36,227 nt of DNA from Candidatus Bathyarchaeota archaeon (GTDB taxonomy: Archaea; Thermoproteota; Bathyarchaeia; Bathyarchaeales; WUQV01), in NCBI GenBank assembly GCA_009889585.1, contig WUQV01000308.1, positions 1 to 36,227 of the forward strand. Reading direction: 5' to 3'. This document shows, one piece after another, positions 25,925 to 34,539 of this stretch. The position numbers and the translations under genes are program-made. The notes beneath the pieces were generated by a model. That model was not told where the DNA came from. It ran no database searches and saw nothing but the letters and a program-made list of their open reading frames with translations. The stretch's first letter is position 1, and every line of letters begins with the position of its first letter.

Positions 25925-26552
25925 CTATGAATTCATGATGTGCGATCTCGCGAATCCAAAAGGGTGAATCTGCACGAGCGACATGCCTATCCCAAAGCCG
26001 TAGATCATGAGTATCTTGTACATTAAGTATCTGAAGTGCGTTCCATCGATATTTATAAAACGCGTCGTCACCTCATCGGAAGCCTGATAGTCCCTTGCTA
26101 AATTTGGGATGGCTTTGCCGATGTAGATGCTGAATACGTTTGAGCCAGCCGTCCAATCATGCGTCGTAGGATCCTTTGAGATATAATAGCTGTACCAAGA
26201 ACCAATTTTTGGAAAACTCCATCGATGAGCCGTAGATGATGACCTGACTCATCGTTTACCTCTACATAAAATCTCAATCCATGCTGGCCATGGTCAATGT
26301 ACCCCGCTTGAATCCAATATTGGTACTGATAACTAAGTATAACCGTTACCCACTGGGCATAAAATGATCGGTTCCAGGTGGAGCATGTTTTGTGAGAGTA
26401 TATATGCTTCCTGCTACTCCATGAGGAGGAGGCCAACCTTCGCTTTTGTAATAGTAATATCCGACATAGTATCGCACTTGTGCGTACGCTGGAACGACCG
26501 TTAAGCTGAGCGCGAGCGTAATGATCGCAAGCACGAGCGCTATTCGCCGCAA
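25925..26552 (-). pseudogene. Secreted protein gene broken by two frameshifts
   Basis: Three consecutive frames read as protein:
- Signal-peptide frame (MRRIALVLAIITLALSLTVVPAYA...GTDHF).
- Middle frame (YAQWVTVILSYQYQYWIQAGYIDHGQHGLRFYVEVNDE...), reached after a switch at the run 26361-26364.
- Last frame (IGSWYSYYISKDPTTHDW...YLMYKILMIYGFGIGMSLV), reached after a switch near the run 26206-26210. Confidence 0.5.
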
Positions 26553-27009
26553 GCCTTTTCCCTGAGGTTAGAGAGCTCAATATGCTTAAATATCCAACGC
26601 TCTCACGTCTTAGACCGTTAAAACGTAGGCGCGAAAGGCTTCGCAGCTCTTTGAGCGCCAGGACTTGAGATGCCTTAGCTTATCGTACGAAGGAACAAAT
26701 GAAGCTTCTCATATGAGAAGCGCGTAGATCAACCACCGTTGGCTTATGGGTCGCATTATAGCCAAGGCTGCGATAAGGCGCTTTACAAACTTGGCTATTG
26801 CCCAGGTAAGCGAAAAGGTTTGCGCTAAGGTTACACTCTTGCTTTAGCGAGGCTATTTATAGGGCCGTTGATCGCAAGGGCCTCTCAGGCTAATTTAACT
26901 TCAGCTCTACTCATAATTAATGTAGAACTCGCATCAAGCTGACGGCTTTTTTAATGTTTTCGCGTCTAAAATCGAGAAATGCTAGTTCAAACCGTCTTAA
27001 CTTCAGAAA

Positions 27010-30000
27010 ATGAGAGTTGAAGAACATCAATGTTATGTCCTTAAGTTAGAGGATAAGCTTGAAGAAATTCGTGAGATCGCTAAAAAAGCTCACAAAAAGG
27101 GCTTTGATCCATCTTTAGACGTCGAGTTCAAGGTTGCGAAGGATCTGGCCGATCTCGTCGAAGGTTTAGTCGGCCCGCCAGGCGTTGCTAACGAACTAAG
27201 GGAGCTGCTTAAGCTCCTTCCTAAGGAGGAAGCCTCCCTTAAGATTGCTGAGGAAATAATCATCGGTAAATACGGCCGCTTAAACGCTCGCGAGGCCGCG
27301 GAACAAGCCATTCGCACGGCTTTGGCCATATTAACGGAGGGCATCACGGCAGCGCCATTGCAAGGGATTGTTAAAGTCGACGTAAAGCGCAACTTCGATC
27401 GGACGGAGTATCTCGCTATATACTTCGCCGGGCCCATTCGATCGGCGGGAGGCACGGAACAAGCCCTCACGCTAGTCGTCGGGGACTTCGTACGACGTTT
27501 GTTAAAGCTCGATCGTTACAAGCCGACCGAGGAGGAGATAGCTCGCTTCGTTGAGGAAGTCCGCCTTTACGAGCGATCGATAGGCCGATTTCAATATCGA
27601 GCCTCTGATGAACAGCTGAAGGAGGCATTAAGGCGCATACCGATTGAGGTCACGGGAATTGGAACCGATCCAGTTGAGGTCTCCTTCCACCGTGACTTGC
27701 AACGAATTGAGACGAATCGCGTTAGAGGAGGAGCCTTACGAGTTGTAAACGACGGCGTCGTCGGAAGGGCGTTGAAGGTTTGGGCCGTCGTTGAAAGGCT
27801 AGGGATCGATGGCTGGGATTGGCTTAAGCGCCTCGGTGGAGCTGAAGAAAGAAGATCAGCAGGTTTCATGGACGAGGTGATCGCTGGCCGCCCGGTTTTC
27901 GCCTTTCCCTCAAGGCCCGGCGGCTTTCGCCTTCGCTACGGCCGAGCTCGAAACACGGGGTTAGCGGCCGTCGGGATCCACCCCGCCACTATGTCAGTAT
28001 TAGGGGACTTCATCGCCATCGGCACTCAACTTCGCTTAGAACTCCCTGGGAAGGGAGGCATAGCCCTCCCCGTCGATTCGATCGAGCCGCCGATAGTCAG
28101 GCTGAAGGATGGGTCCGTCGTTCGAGTGACGCTCGATAACGTAGGCCAAGTCAAGGGCTTGATAGATAAGGTGCTGTTCTTAGGGGATATCCTCATCAGC
28201 TTCGGCGACTTCCTTTACAACAATAAGCCTTTGGCGCCTCCGGGTTACGCGGAGGAATGGTATGTTGAAGAGCTTCGATCGACCGTCTTAAAGGAGTTCA
28301 ACGGGGACTTAAGGAAAGTTGCCGATATCGTAGGCGTATCTTTCGAACGCTTGAGGGAGCTCTTAAGGGATCCGTTCGAAGGGAAGCCTAATGCGGCTGA
28401 GGCCGTGGCGTTAGCAACGAAGTTACGGATCCCGTTGCATCCTCGGTTTACGTTCTTTTGGAACTACGTCTCCATCGAAGAGCTAAAGGCCTTAAGAAGC
28501 TGGGCTTTTAACGCAAAGGTCATCGAGGAGGGAGGGCTCCTCAAGGTCGTAGGCGAACTCGATAAGTCGGTCAAAGTAGCCCTTGAGAAGGCATGCGTTC
28601 CACATAAAGCCTTGGACGGGAGGATGGTGGTGGAAGGCGACGATGCCTTCGCCTTAGCTTTTTGCCTCGGCCGTCACGTGCCGAACGTAGAGGTTCCGCA
28701 AGCTGGCTCCGCTCTTGAGGCGATCGAGAGGCTCGCTGGGGTAAAGGTTCGCGAGAAAGCCTCAACTTCAATCGGGGCGAGGATGGGCCGGCCGGAGAAG
28801 GCGAAGCGCCGTGAGATGAAGCCCTTGGTCCACGTCCTCTTCCCAATCGGGCTGGCAGGAGGGCCTCGACGGGACTTGATCCAAGCTGGGGAGAAGCGCG
28901 AGGTTTGGGTTGAGCTGGTTAAAAGGAGGTGCCCGAGGTGCAAGAGGACGACGACTTACGTCAAATGCTTTGCGTGCGACGTTGAAACTCTCCTCGAGAG
29001 AGTTTGCTCGATTTGCGGCAGGCCCTTGAATGAGGCGACGTGTCCCGCTTGTAACGCTTCAGCTAAGAGCTACGAAAGGCGAGCCATCGACGTGAAAAGG
29101 CTCGTCGAAGAGGCCTGCGCGAAATTAAGCGTAGCGCTTCCGCCGACGTTGAAGGGCGTTAAAGGCTTGACGAGCGAGATAAAGGCCCCTGAACCGGTTG
29201 AAAAAGGCCTCCTTCGGGCGAAGTATGACTTATCGGTTTACAAGGACGGCACAACTCGCTTCGATGCGACAAATGCCCCGTTAACGCACTTTAAGCCCCT
29301 TGAGATCGGCGTTTCGGTCGAGAGGCTCAAGGAGCTCGGTTATGATCACGATATCGACGGGAATCCATTAGCTACACTCGATCAAATTTGCGAGCTGAAG
29401 GTACAAGACGTAATCATACCGTTGAAGTGCGCTGAATACTTCATGCGAGTCACAAGCTTCCTCGACGATTTGCTCGAGCGCCTCTACGGCCTCCCTCGTT
29501 ATTATAACGTAAAGCGAATCGAGGACCTCGTGGGCCACATCATGATAGGCTTAGCACCTCATACGTCGGTCGGCGTCCTCGGCAGGATCGTCGGCTTTAC
29601 GCCCTCAAGCGTTTGTTACGCCCATCCGATTTGGCATTCGGCTAAGCGTCGGGATTGCGATGGGGATGAAGACGCGCTAATGTTGGCCCTTGACGTGGCC
29701 ATTAACTTCTCGCGCTCGTACTTGCCGGCTCAAATAGGAGGCATCATGGACGCCCCTTTGTTCATCATCGCCGTGGTGAATCCTCGAGAAGTACAACGTC
29801 AAGCTCACGACGTCGATGTCTCAAGCTCCTATCCACTCGCATTTTACGAGAAGGCCTTGGAAGGCCTTGAACCTAAGGAAGTCCAGGAGCTAATTGATTT
29901 GATAAAGCATAAGATCAACGATCCGATCCTTCAAGGGCTTAAGTACACGATGCCTACGTCGAACATAAACATCGGCAATAACGAAAGCGCATACAAAAGG

Positions 30001-30405
30001 TTGAAGAGGATGGCCGATAAATTGAACGGCCAATTGGAGTTAGCCGAGAAGGTTCGAGCAGTTAGCGCTAAGCTTGTCGCTAAAAAGGTCTTGGTAACGC
30101 ATTTTCTTCGTGATATTGTTGGGAACTTACGAGCGTTTTCAACGCAAATCTTTAGGTGCAAATCGTGTGGTAAGAGGTTTAGAAGGGTGCCTTTAAAGGG
30201 TTTTTGTACGGAATGTGAAGGCGAATTAACCCTTACGGTTCATAGGAGCGGGATTAAGAAGTACTTAGAGTTGGCTGAACGCCTCGTAAAGAGGTACGAA
30301 TTATCAAGGCACTACGCTCAACGAATTGAGATGATTAAAAGTGAAGTAAACTCGTTATTTGAAGGAAGCATGAAACGTCAAGTAAGCTTAGCCGACTTCG
30401 CTTAA
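27010..30405 (+). CDS. dp2: DNA polymerase II (PolD) large subunit DP2
   Basis: 1131 aa with PolD DP2 hallmarks: the N-terminal region, internal zinc-binding Cys clusters (CPRCKR...CFACD, CSICG...CPAC), catalytic region HPIWHSAKRRDCDGDEDA, and C-terminal CKSCGKRF...CTEC. No intein. Confidence 0.97.
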   Translation: MRVEEHQCYVLKLEDKLEEIREIAKKAHKKGFDPSLDVEFKVAKDLADLVEGLVGPPGVANELRELLKLLPKEEASLKIAEEIIIGKYGRLNAREAAEQAIRTALAILTEGITAAPLQGIVKVDVKRNFDRTEYLAIYFAGPIRSAGGTEQALTLVVGDFVRRLLKLDRYKPTEEEIARFVEEVRLYERSIGRFQYRASDEQLKEALRRIPIEVTGIGTDPVEVSFHRDLQRIETNRVRGGALRVVNDGVVGRALKVWAVVERLGIDGWDWLKRLGGAEERRSAGFMDEVIAGRPVFAFPSRPGGFRLRYGRARNTGLAAVGIHPATMSVLGDFIAIGTQLRLELPGKGGIALPVDSIEPPIVRLKDGSVVRVTLDNVGQVKGLIDKVLFLGDILISFGDFLYNNKPLAPPGYAEEWYVEELRSTVLKEFNGDLRKVADIVGVSFERLRELLRDPFEGKPNAAEAVALATKLRIPLHPRFTFFWNYVSIEELKALRSWAFNAKVIEEGGLLKVVGELDKSVKVALEKACVPHKALDGRMVVEGDDAFALAFCLGRHVPNVEVPQAGSALEAIERLAGVKVREKASTSIGARMGRPEKAKRREMKPLVHVLFPIGLAGGPRRDLIQAGEKREVWVELVKRRCPRCKRTTTYVKCFACDVETLLERVCSICGRPLNEATCPACNASAKSYERRAIDVKRLVEEACAKLSVALPPTLKGVKGLTSEIKAPEPVEKGLLRAKYDLSVYKDGTTRFDATNAPLTHFKPLEIGVSVERLKELGYDHDIDGNPLATLDQICELKVQDVIIPLKCAEYFMRVTSFLDDLLERLYGLPRYYNVKRIEDLVGHIMIGLAPHTSVGVLGRIVGFTPSSVCYAHPIWHSAKRRDCDGDEDALMLALDVAINFSRSYLPAQIGGIMDAPLFIIAVVNPREVQRQAHDVDVSSSYPLAFYEKALEGLEPKEVQELIDLIKHKINDPILQGLKYTMPTSNINIGNNESAYKRLKRMADKLNGQLELAEKVRAVSAKLVAKKVLVTHFLRDIVGNLRAFSTQIFRCKSCGKRFRRVPLKGFCTECEGELTLTVHRSGIKKYLELAERLVKRYELSRHYAQRIEMIKSEVNSLFEGSMKRQVSLADFA

Positions 30406-30544
30406 TTCTATCAAGCTTTCCACACAGAATGCGACGGCGAATGATATGTTGAATCGAATTTTCATCCGACGGCCTTCTAGCGCCTTAGGATGGCAGTCAA
30501 TTCATTGAGTAGCGAGTTAGCACGAGTTATATAAGCGGGAGGTT

Positions 30545-30913
30545 TTGTCGAACCTGTTGACGGAGGAAGGGCAAGCGAGGCGGGAGGCCGTAGACTGGTT
30601 TCAAGAGGCTTTAATTGACCTCGAGGAGGCGAGGGAAGCCTTAGAAAGAAGAAGGAACAACTGAGCATGTTTCACAGCTCATCAAGCGGCCGAAAAGGCC
30701 TTGAAAGCGGCCTGCATCGTCCTCCTGAGGAGGACGTACCCGAAGCTCCACGATTTAACGGAGCTGTACGAAGGGCTTAGGGAAGCGCTGGAGCTCAAGG
30801 GGGGATGTGGAAGCTGAGCTACCTATCCTTTCCGGATTTTATGAGCTCGCTAGGTACCCGAACGCCGGTTTGAGGCGCCTGTCTCAAGCGATAAACATGG
30901 AGGTCGCAGGAGG
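30545..30913 (+). pseudogene. Disrupted HEPN domain forming the N-terminal part of an ancestral HEPN-nucleotidyltransferase fusion
   Basis: The frame from TTG 30545 reads EAVDWFQEALIDLEEAREALERRRNN-TGA(30662)-ACFTAHQAAEKALKAACIVLLRRTYPKLHDLTELY, which keeps an R-x5-H motif. It shifts +1 at the G-run near 30798-30804 (DVEAELPILSGFYELARYPNAG). It returns to the original frame just before 30914. Confidence 0.6.
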
Positions 30914-31279
30914 ATGATCGAAGCAGCCGAAAAGGTGGTGAAGTTGGCAAAAGGACGAACCTTGGATGAGATCGATATGCCGAAGCTTCATAAGGGGCGC
31001 CTTAAGGGCCTATTGACGGCGCTGAAAAGGGGCCTCGCGAACCCTGAGGTTTATTTATTCAGAAGCTTTGCGAGGGGCGATTGGCTTTATGAAAGCGATA
31101 TCGACGTCATAATCACCTCCGATTCGTTCGCTGGAATGGACTGGCTTGAGAGGGTGAAACTGATCAAGTCGATGGCGCCTAAGGGTGAGCCCCTTATGTA
31201 CGCGGGATCGGAGTTCGAGGAGAAGAAAAGGAGCGAGTTCATTAAGGACGCCTTAAGTTGCGCCATAAAGCTTCTATAG
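30914..31279 (+). CDS. Minimal nucleotidyltransferase (MNT, Pol-beta superfamily) with a substituted glycine motif
   Basis: VYLFRSFARGDWLYESDIDVIITSD compares with the canonical LFGSxARG...SDxD. The ORF is in the same frame as the upstream HEPN remnant. Its first residues, MIEAAEKVVKLAK, look like the last HEPN helix. Confidence 0.65.
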   Translation: MIEAAEKVVKLAKGRTLDEIDMPKLHKGRLKGLLTALKRGLANPEVYLFRSFARGDWLYESDIDVIITSDSFAGMDWLERVKLIKSMAPKGEPLMYAGSEFEEKKRSEFIKDALSCAIKLL

Positions 31280-31635
31280 CGACATCTACCTAAAGCTACG
31301 ATCGCGACGGCTTCATGCAGCAACAATAGCCTAAGTGAAGTGACTGTGAACCTAAGCGAGTTCAAAACTCACTCTTCCTTTAGGAACTTGACGAGGTCGA
31401 GCAATCAATTATAGATGCGTGGGCAAAGTTGGTTTCTAGTGGCTATGTACAACAGCATTATTCCGTCCGTTGTTAACGCCGACGCGCTGCATAGAATAGC
31501 CCGTCCGTCATATCGATGATATTATCTCTCTCACGCGAAGGCTTTATTGAAGGCGCCTCTATTGAACTTCCGAGCCCATTTCACGCGGAGTTCAAATGCA
31601 CACTGCTAAAGCCTTTTGTTATCTCATTCCACGTC

Positions 31636-31986
31636 TTAAATAATGCCTATCAACTTCAGCAATATTGGTATCAACGAGGCCATTATAGTTGCCCACATGG
31701 CTAGCACAAGGCCTATGACCCAATTTATCCTCCCGTTCATTCCATCTATCCTTTTATTTATTCCATCTATCCTCTCATTTATCTCATCCATCCTTTCATT
31801 TATTCCATCTATCCTCATGCTTATGTTGTTCATCTCCTTGCGAAGGCCTATTACCTCGCTATTCAACCTCAATATTCCAATAACTAGACAATCTTCGGTT
31901 GTTATTCTCCTTTCCTCAACTATCCTTCTCACCCTAGCTTTGCTTTCCTCCTCTAATAACTTGAACACTAATTCTTCCTCAGACAA
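31636..31986 (-). CDS. Tail-anchored coiled-coil protein with 7-aa tandem repeats
   Basis: The acidic N-terminus is followed by MRIDGINE RMDEINE RIDGINK RIDGMNG RINWV, then the C-terminal TM helix IGLVLAMWATIMASLIPILLKLIGII. The overlapping plus-strand ORF is low-complexity and hydrophobic, so I treat it as a shadow. Confidence 0.6.
   Translation of the reverse strand: MSEEELVFKLLEEESKARVRRIVEERRITTEDCLVIGILRLNSEVIGLRKEMNNISMRIDGINERMDEINERIDGINKRIDGMNGRINWVIGLVLAMWATIMASLIPILLKLIGII
31721..31825 (-). repeat. 5 x 21-bp in-frame tandem repeat
   Basis: Plus-strand units ccatctatcc-ttttatttatt, ccatctatcc-tctcatttatc, tcatccatcc-tttcatttatt and so on, starting at 31721, 31742, 31763, 31784 and 31805. 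Confidence 0.85.
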
Positions 31987-32538
31987 ACGTCTCGCCTAGC
32001 TTTGACCAGCCCTTCAGCAGGTTAAGAAGCTAACATGTATTTTAGCTTTTCCATGAGGCCCTTCGCTCTCTTAGCTTAAGACCTCATCTAACTGGTCGGA
32101 TTGGGCTTTATGATTGAAAGCTTTACACTGGAGTAAGCTTAAGCGTACTTACAAGTGGTGCTAAGGAAAGAGCTTATCGCAAGGCTTACTCATGGCGTTG
32201 CTCCCAGTAGGGGTAGCATAGGTTATGGATTTGAGGCGTGTAGCTTACGCCAAAATCGGTTTCAATTGAAACTAGAAGGATAGTCGCGCCATTACATTAA
32301 TGAGGCCTCGGCGACTATTGAGGAGAGTCTAAGGAAACCACATTTTTGGCCGTGCGTGATGTGAATTACTGATTAGAAAAGAGGACCATGAAGGCTAGAG
32401 TTGATAGTAGAAGGGCCATCAGATGGGATAAAGCTGATGTTTGGAAGGGTGATATTGATAAGATTGTATTTTTGTTAAGGTGCATCTTCAAGGGCGAGAT
32501 AAACTCCTTCGAGGGAAGGATCTGCTTAGTGATGACTT

Positions 32539-32994
32539 TTAACTAGTTAAAGTTTGATCTCCCCTTAAGAAGCCAGTTAGAGGTATCGAGTGATCGATTA
32601 TATGTATTACTTTAACGCATAAGCGCTCCAATTGAGCTGCTATAAAGCGCCTGTGGCAGTGCTTTGGGTTCCTCTCTTTACACATTATGCAAACCCTCTT
32701 ACGTTCGGCTAACTTAAGGAGTTTGTATAAGCCCTCCTTGAAGCTTTGCGTTTCCATATATCGCTCGTAACCACCTCGTCGATATCCCCCCAGCTCCTCT
32801 CCCAACCATACGTACTTAACGCCATGCTCCGGCAACCAACGTTCCATCTCCTCGCGCTTGAAGTGCGCTACCCTCGACGTAGGGAAGCGGCGGACGTCGA
32901 CGAGGGTTTCGATTCCGTTCTCCTTCAGAATCCTTAAGAACTCCTCCGCGGAGCGATTGCTATAACCTATCGTCCAAACGTTCGATGCCTCCAT
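32539..32994 (-). CDS. DUF488-family protein
   Basis: VWTIGYSNRSAEEFLRILKENGIETLVDVRRFP...CIMCKERNPKHCHRRFIA is typical of DUF488. The start is placed at the internal Met (MEASNV) rather than the track start at 33033. Confidence 0.75.
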   Translation of the reverse strand: MEASNVWTIGYSNRSAEEFLRILKENGIETLVDVRRFPTSRVAHFKREEMERWLPEHGVKYVWLGEELGGYRRGGYERYMETQSFKEGLYKLLKLAERKRVCIMCKERNPKHCHRRFIAAQLERLCVKVIHIIDHSIPLTGFLRGDQTLTS

Positions 32995-33169
32995 GGCCGG
33001 ATTCCTTTCGCCTTCAAAGAAACTCGTGCTCATCTTGCTTGGCTTCCTGCTACTTAGCTTATGTACGATTCAGCTCACCTTTAAATCATCAAATGGCTTT
33101 TTTACAGCTCGCTTTTTTAAACAGCAAGCTTTAAATATCAACCCGCCTTCTTTAAGACAAGGGAAAAAT

Positions 33170-34483
33170 ATGTCGGCGATCCTCGCTAGAAAAGCCGTCG
33201 TAGCTGGCCTATTGATAGTCTTCCTACTCGTGGGCTTAGGAATTGGCTACGTCGCAGCTCCTCCGAAGATAGAGATTAAAGAGGTTATAGTAGAGGTTCC
33301 ACCTAAGCCTGAGGTATACAAGGTAGTGTGGCTATGCCCGTTAACTGGCGTCCTAGGCACTTACGGGGAGAACAGTAAGGCTGCTACCGAGCTAGCCGTA
33401 AAGGAGGTCAACGAATGGCTTGAGAAGATGAAAGCTCCTTGGAGGCTTGAAATAATATTCGAGGACACGGTGACCGATCCTCCTACGGCGCTCGCCAAGC
33501 TGAAGACGTGGCATGGCCTCGGCGTTAAGTTCTTCATAGGGCCTATGTCAAGCGGCGAGGTCAAGGCTTGTAAGGATTACGCCGATGCCAACAAGCTATT
33601 GCTCATAAGCCCTTCGTCCACCAGCCCAGCGTTATCCATCCCGGACGATTGGATCTTTAGATTCTGCCCTGACGACGCCATTCAAGGGCCTGCTATCGCG
33701 AGGATGATATGGGATGCAGGAGTTCGACATGTAATCGTTACATGGAGAGGGGATCCATGGGGTGACGGACTTCGAGAATACACCGATGCGGCTTTTGTGA
33801 AGCTCGGCGGGATCATTTATAAAGAATATGACATCCGCTATGACCCTGGAGCGAAGGACTTCCCAGTTGAAGCTGCAATGTTGGAAGGTTATGTGAAGGC
33901 ACTACTTGATAAGGGCATACCGAAGAAGGAGATAGGGATATTGGCGATATCATTCGAGGAGATAACCATGTACATGGAGGATGCCGCTGCCTACCCCTTG
34001 TTAAGGGAGATTCTGTGGTTTGGAAGCGATGGAACAGTCCTCTGTGAGCCATTAGTCAAACACCCGATAGCCGCTAAGTTCGCCGCTGATACCAAGTTCA
34101 TCAATACCATCACCGCCCCTGAGCTCGCGAAATACCCGAGGTTCGACTTAGTGAAGGCGCACGTGGAGAAGGTGCTAGGGAGGACTCCGGATCCGTATGC
34201 ATACATAACTTACGACATAGTGTGGACGTTGGCTTATGCATTCAACATTGTGGGCTACAAGCCTGAGGAGGTTAGGGATATATTGCCGAAGGTCGTTGAG
34301 ACTTGGTCGTTCTATCACGGCGCAAGCGGGCCCATCGTTCTAAACGTGCATGGAGATAAGGCGTGGTCAGATTACGATCTGTGGATCATCATGGAGGTCG
34401 CTCCTGGAGTCTTTAAGTGGGAAAAAGTAGGCATTTGGAAGGGTGGCATCGATAAGATCACATGGTACATTCCCATCTACTAA
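33170..34483 (+). CDS. ABC transporter substrate-binding protein, LivJ/branched-chain amino acid (PBP type 1) family, membrane-anchored
   Basis: The internal ATG at 33170 gives MSAILARKAVVAGLLIVFLLVGLGIGYV, an N-terminal anchor. This is followed by a periplasmic-binding-protein-like domain (CPLTGVLGTYGENS..., FFIGPMSSGE). The 59 codons upstream in the track ORF look non-coding. Confidence 0.8.
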   Translation: MSAILARKAVVAGLLIVFLLVGLGIGYVAAPPKIEIKEVIVEVPPKPEVYKVVWLCPLTGVLGTYGENSKAATELAVKEVNEWLEKMKAPWRLEIIFEDTVTDPPTALAKLKTWHGLGVKFFIGPMSSGEVKACKDYADANKLLLISPSSTSPALSIPDDWIFRFCPDDAIQGPAIARMIWDAGVRHVIVTWRGDPWGDGLREYTDAAFVKLGGIIYKEYDIRYDPGAKDFPVEAAMLEGYVKALLDKGIPKKEIGILAISFEEITMYMEDAAAYPLLREILWFGSDGTVLCEPLVKHPIAAKFAADTKFINTITAPELAKYPRFDLVKAHVEKVLGRTPDPYAYITYDIVWTLAYAFNIVGYKPEEVRDILPKVVETWSFYHGASGPIVLNVHGDKAWSDYDLWIIMEVAPGVFKWEKVGIWKGGIDKITWYIPIY

Positions 34484-34539
34484 CAAAATCCCCCTTTTAT
34501 TTCTGCCAAAGATATGCATCTGTAAGTAGGTGAGAACAC

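Noticed and set aside
26098-26580. 160-aa minus-strand ORF taken at face value as one CDS
   Set aside because: Its N-terminal 80 aa are an Arg/Ser-rich read-through of the signal-peptide gene in the wrong frame. Only its middle part looks coding. It is better explained as the central frame of a twice-frameshifted gene.
27090-30161. Several minus-strand ORFs inside DP2 (27090..27470, 27591..27869, 28571..28846, 28674..28943, 29931..30161)
   Set aside because: All are antisense shadows within a 1131-aa gene that carries clear PolD motifs. Their Arg/Ser/Pro-rich translations are typical of GC-rich antisense frames.
21250-30664. Idea that the in-frame TGA codons at 21250 and 30662 reflect TGA recoding (Trp or Sec)
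   Set aside because: TGA clearly terminates intact genes here (for example 32..514 and 549..1073). Both affected genes also carry frameshifts and other stops. Nonsense mutations in pseudogenes are the simpler explanation.
30477-30668. 63-aa minus-strand ORF
   Set aside because: It is antisense to the HEPN remnant, whose plus-strand reading carries recognisable HEPN motifs. Its translation is Pro/Ser/Leu-rich.
31643-31999. 118-aa plus-strand ORF over the 21-bp repeat
   Set aside because: Its Ile/Leu/Ser/Pro-rich translation is the mirror of the repeat. The minus-strand product has a coherent coiled coil plus TM anchor organisation.
32388-32546. Unlisted 52-aa plus-strand ORF (MKARVDSRRAIRWDKADVWKGDIDKIVFLL...)
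   Set aside because: It is short, has no recognisable family, and overlaps the DUF488 stop region. It cannot be supported from sequence alone.
32993-33169. Upstream 59 codons of the 496-aa substrate-binding-protein ORF
   Set aside because: This stretch overlaps the DUF488 start region, is low-complexity, and precedes an internal ATG that yields a clean membrane anchor. It is likely non-coding leader.
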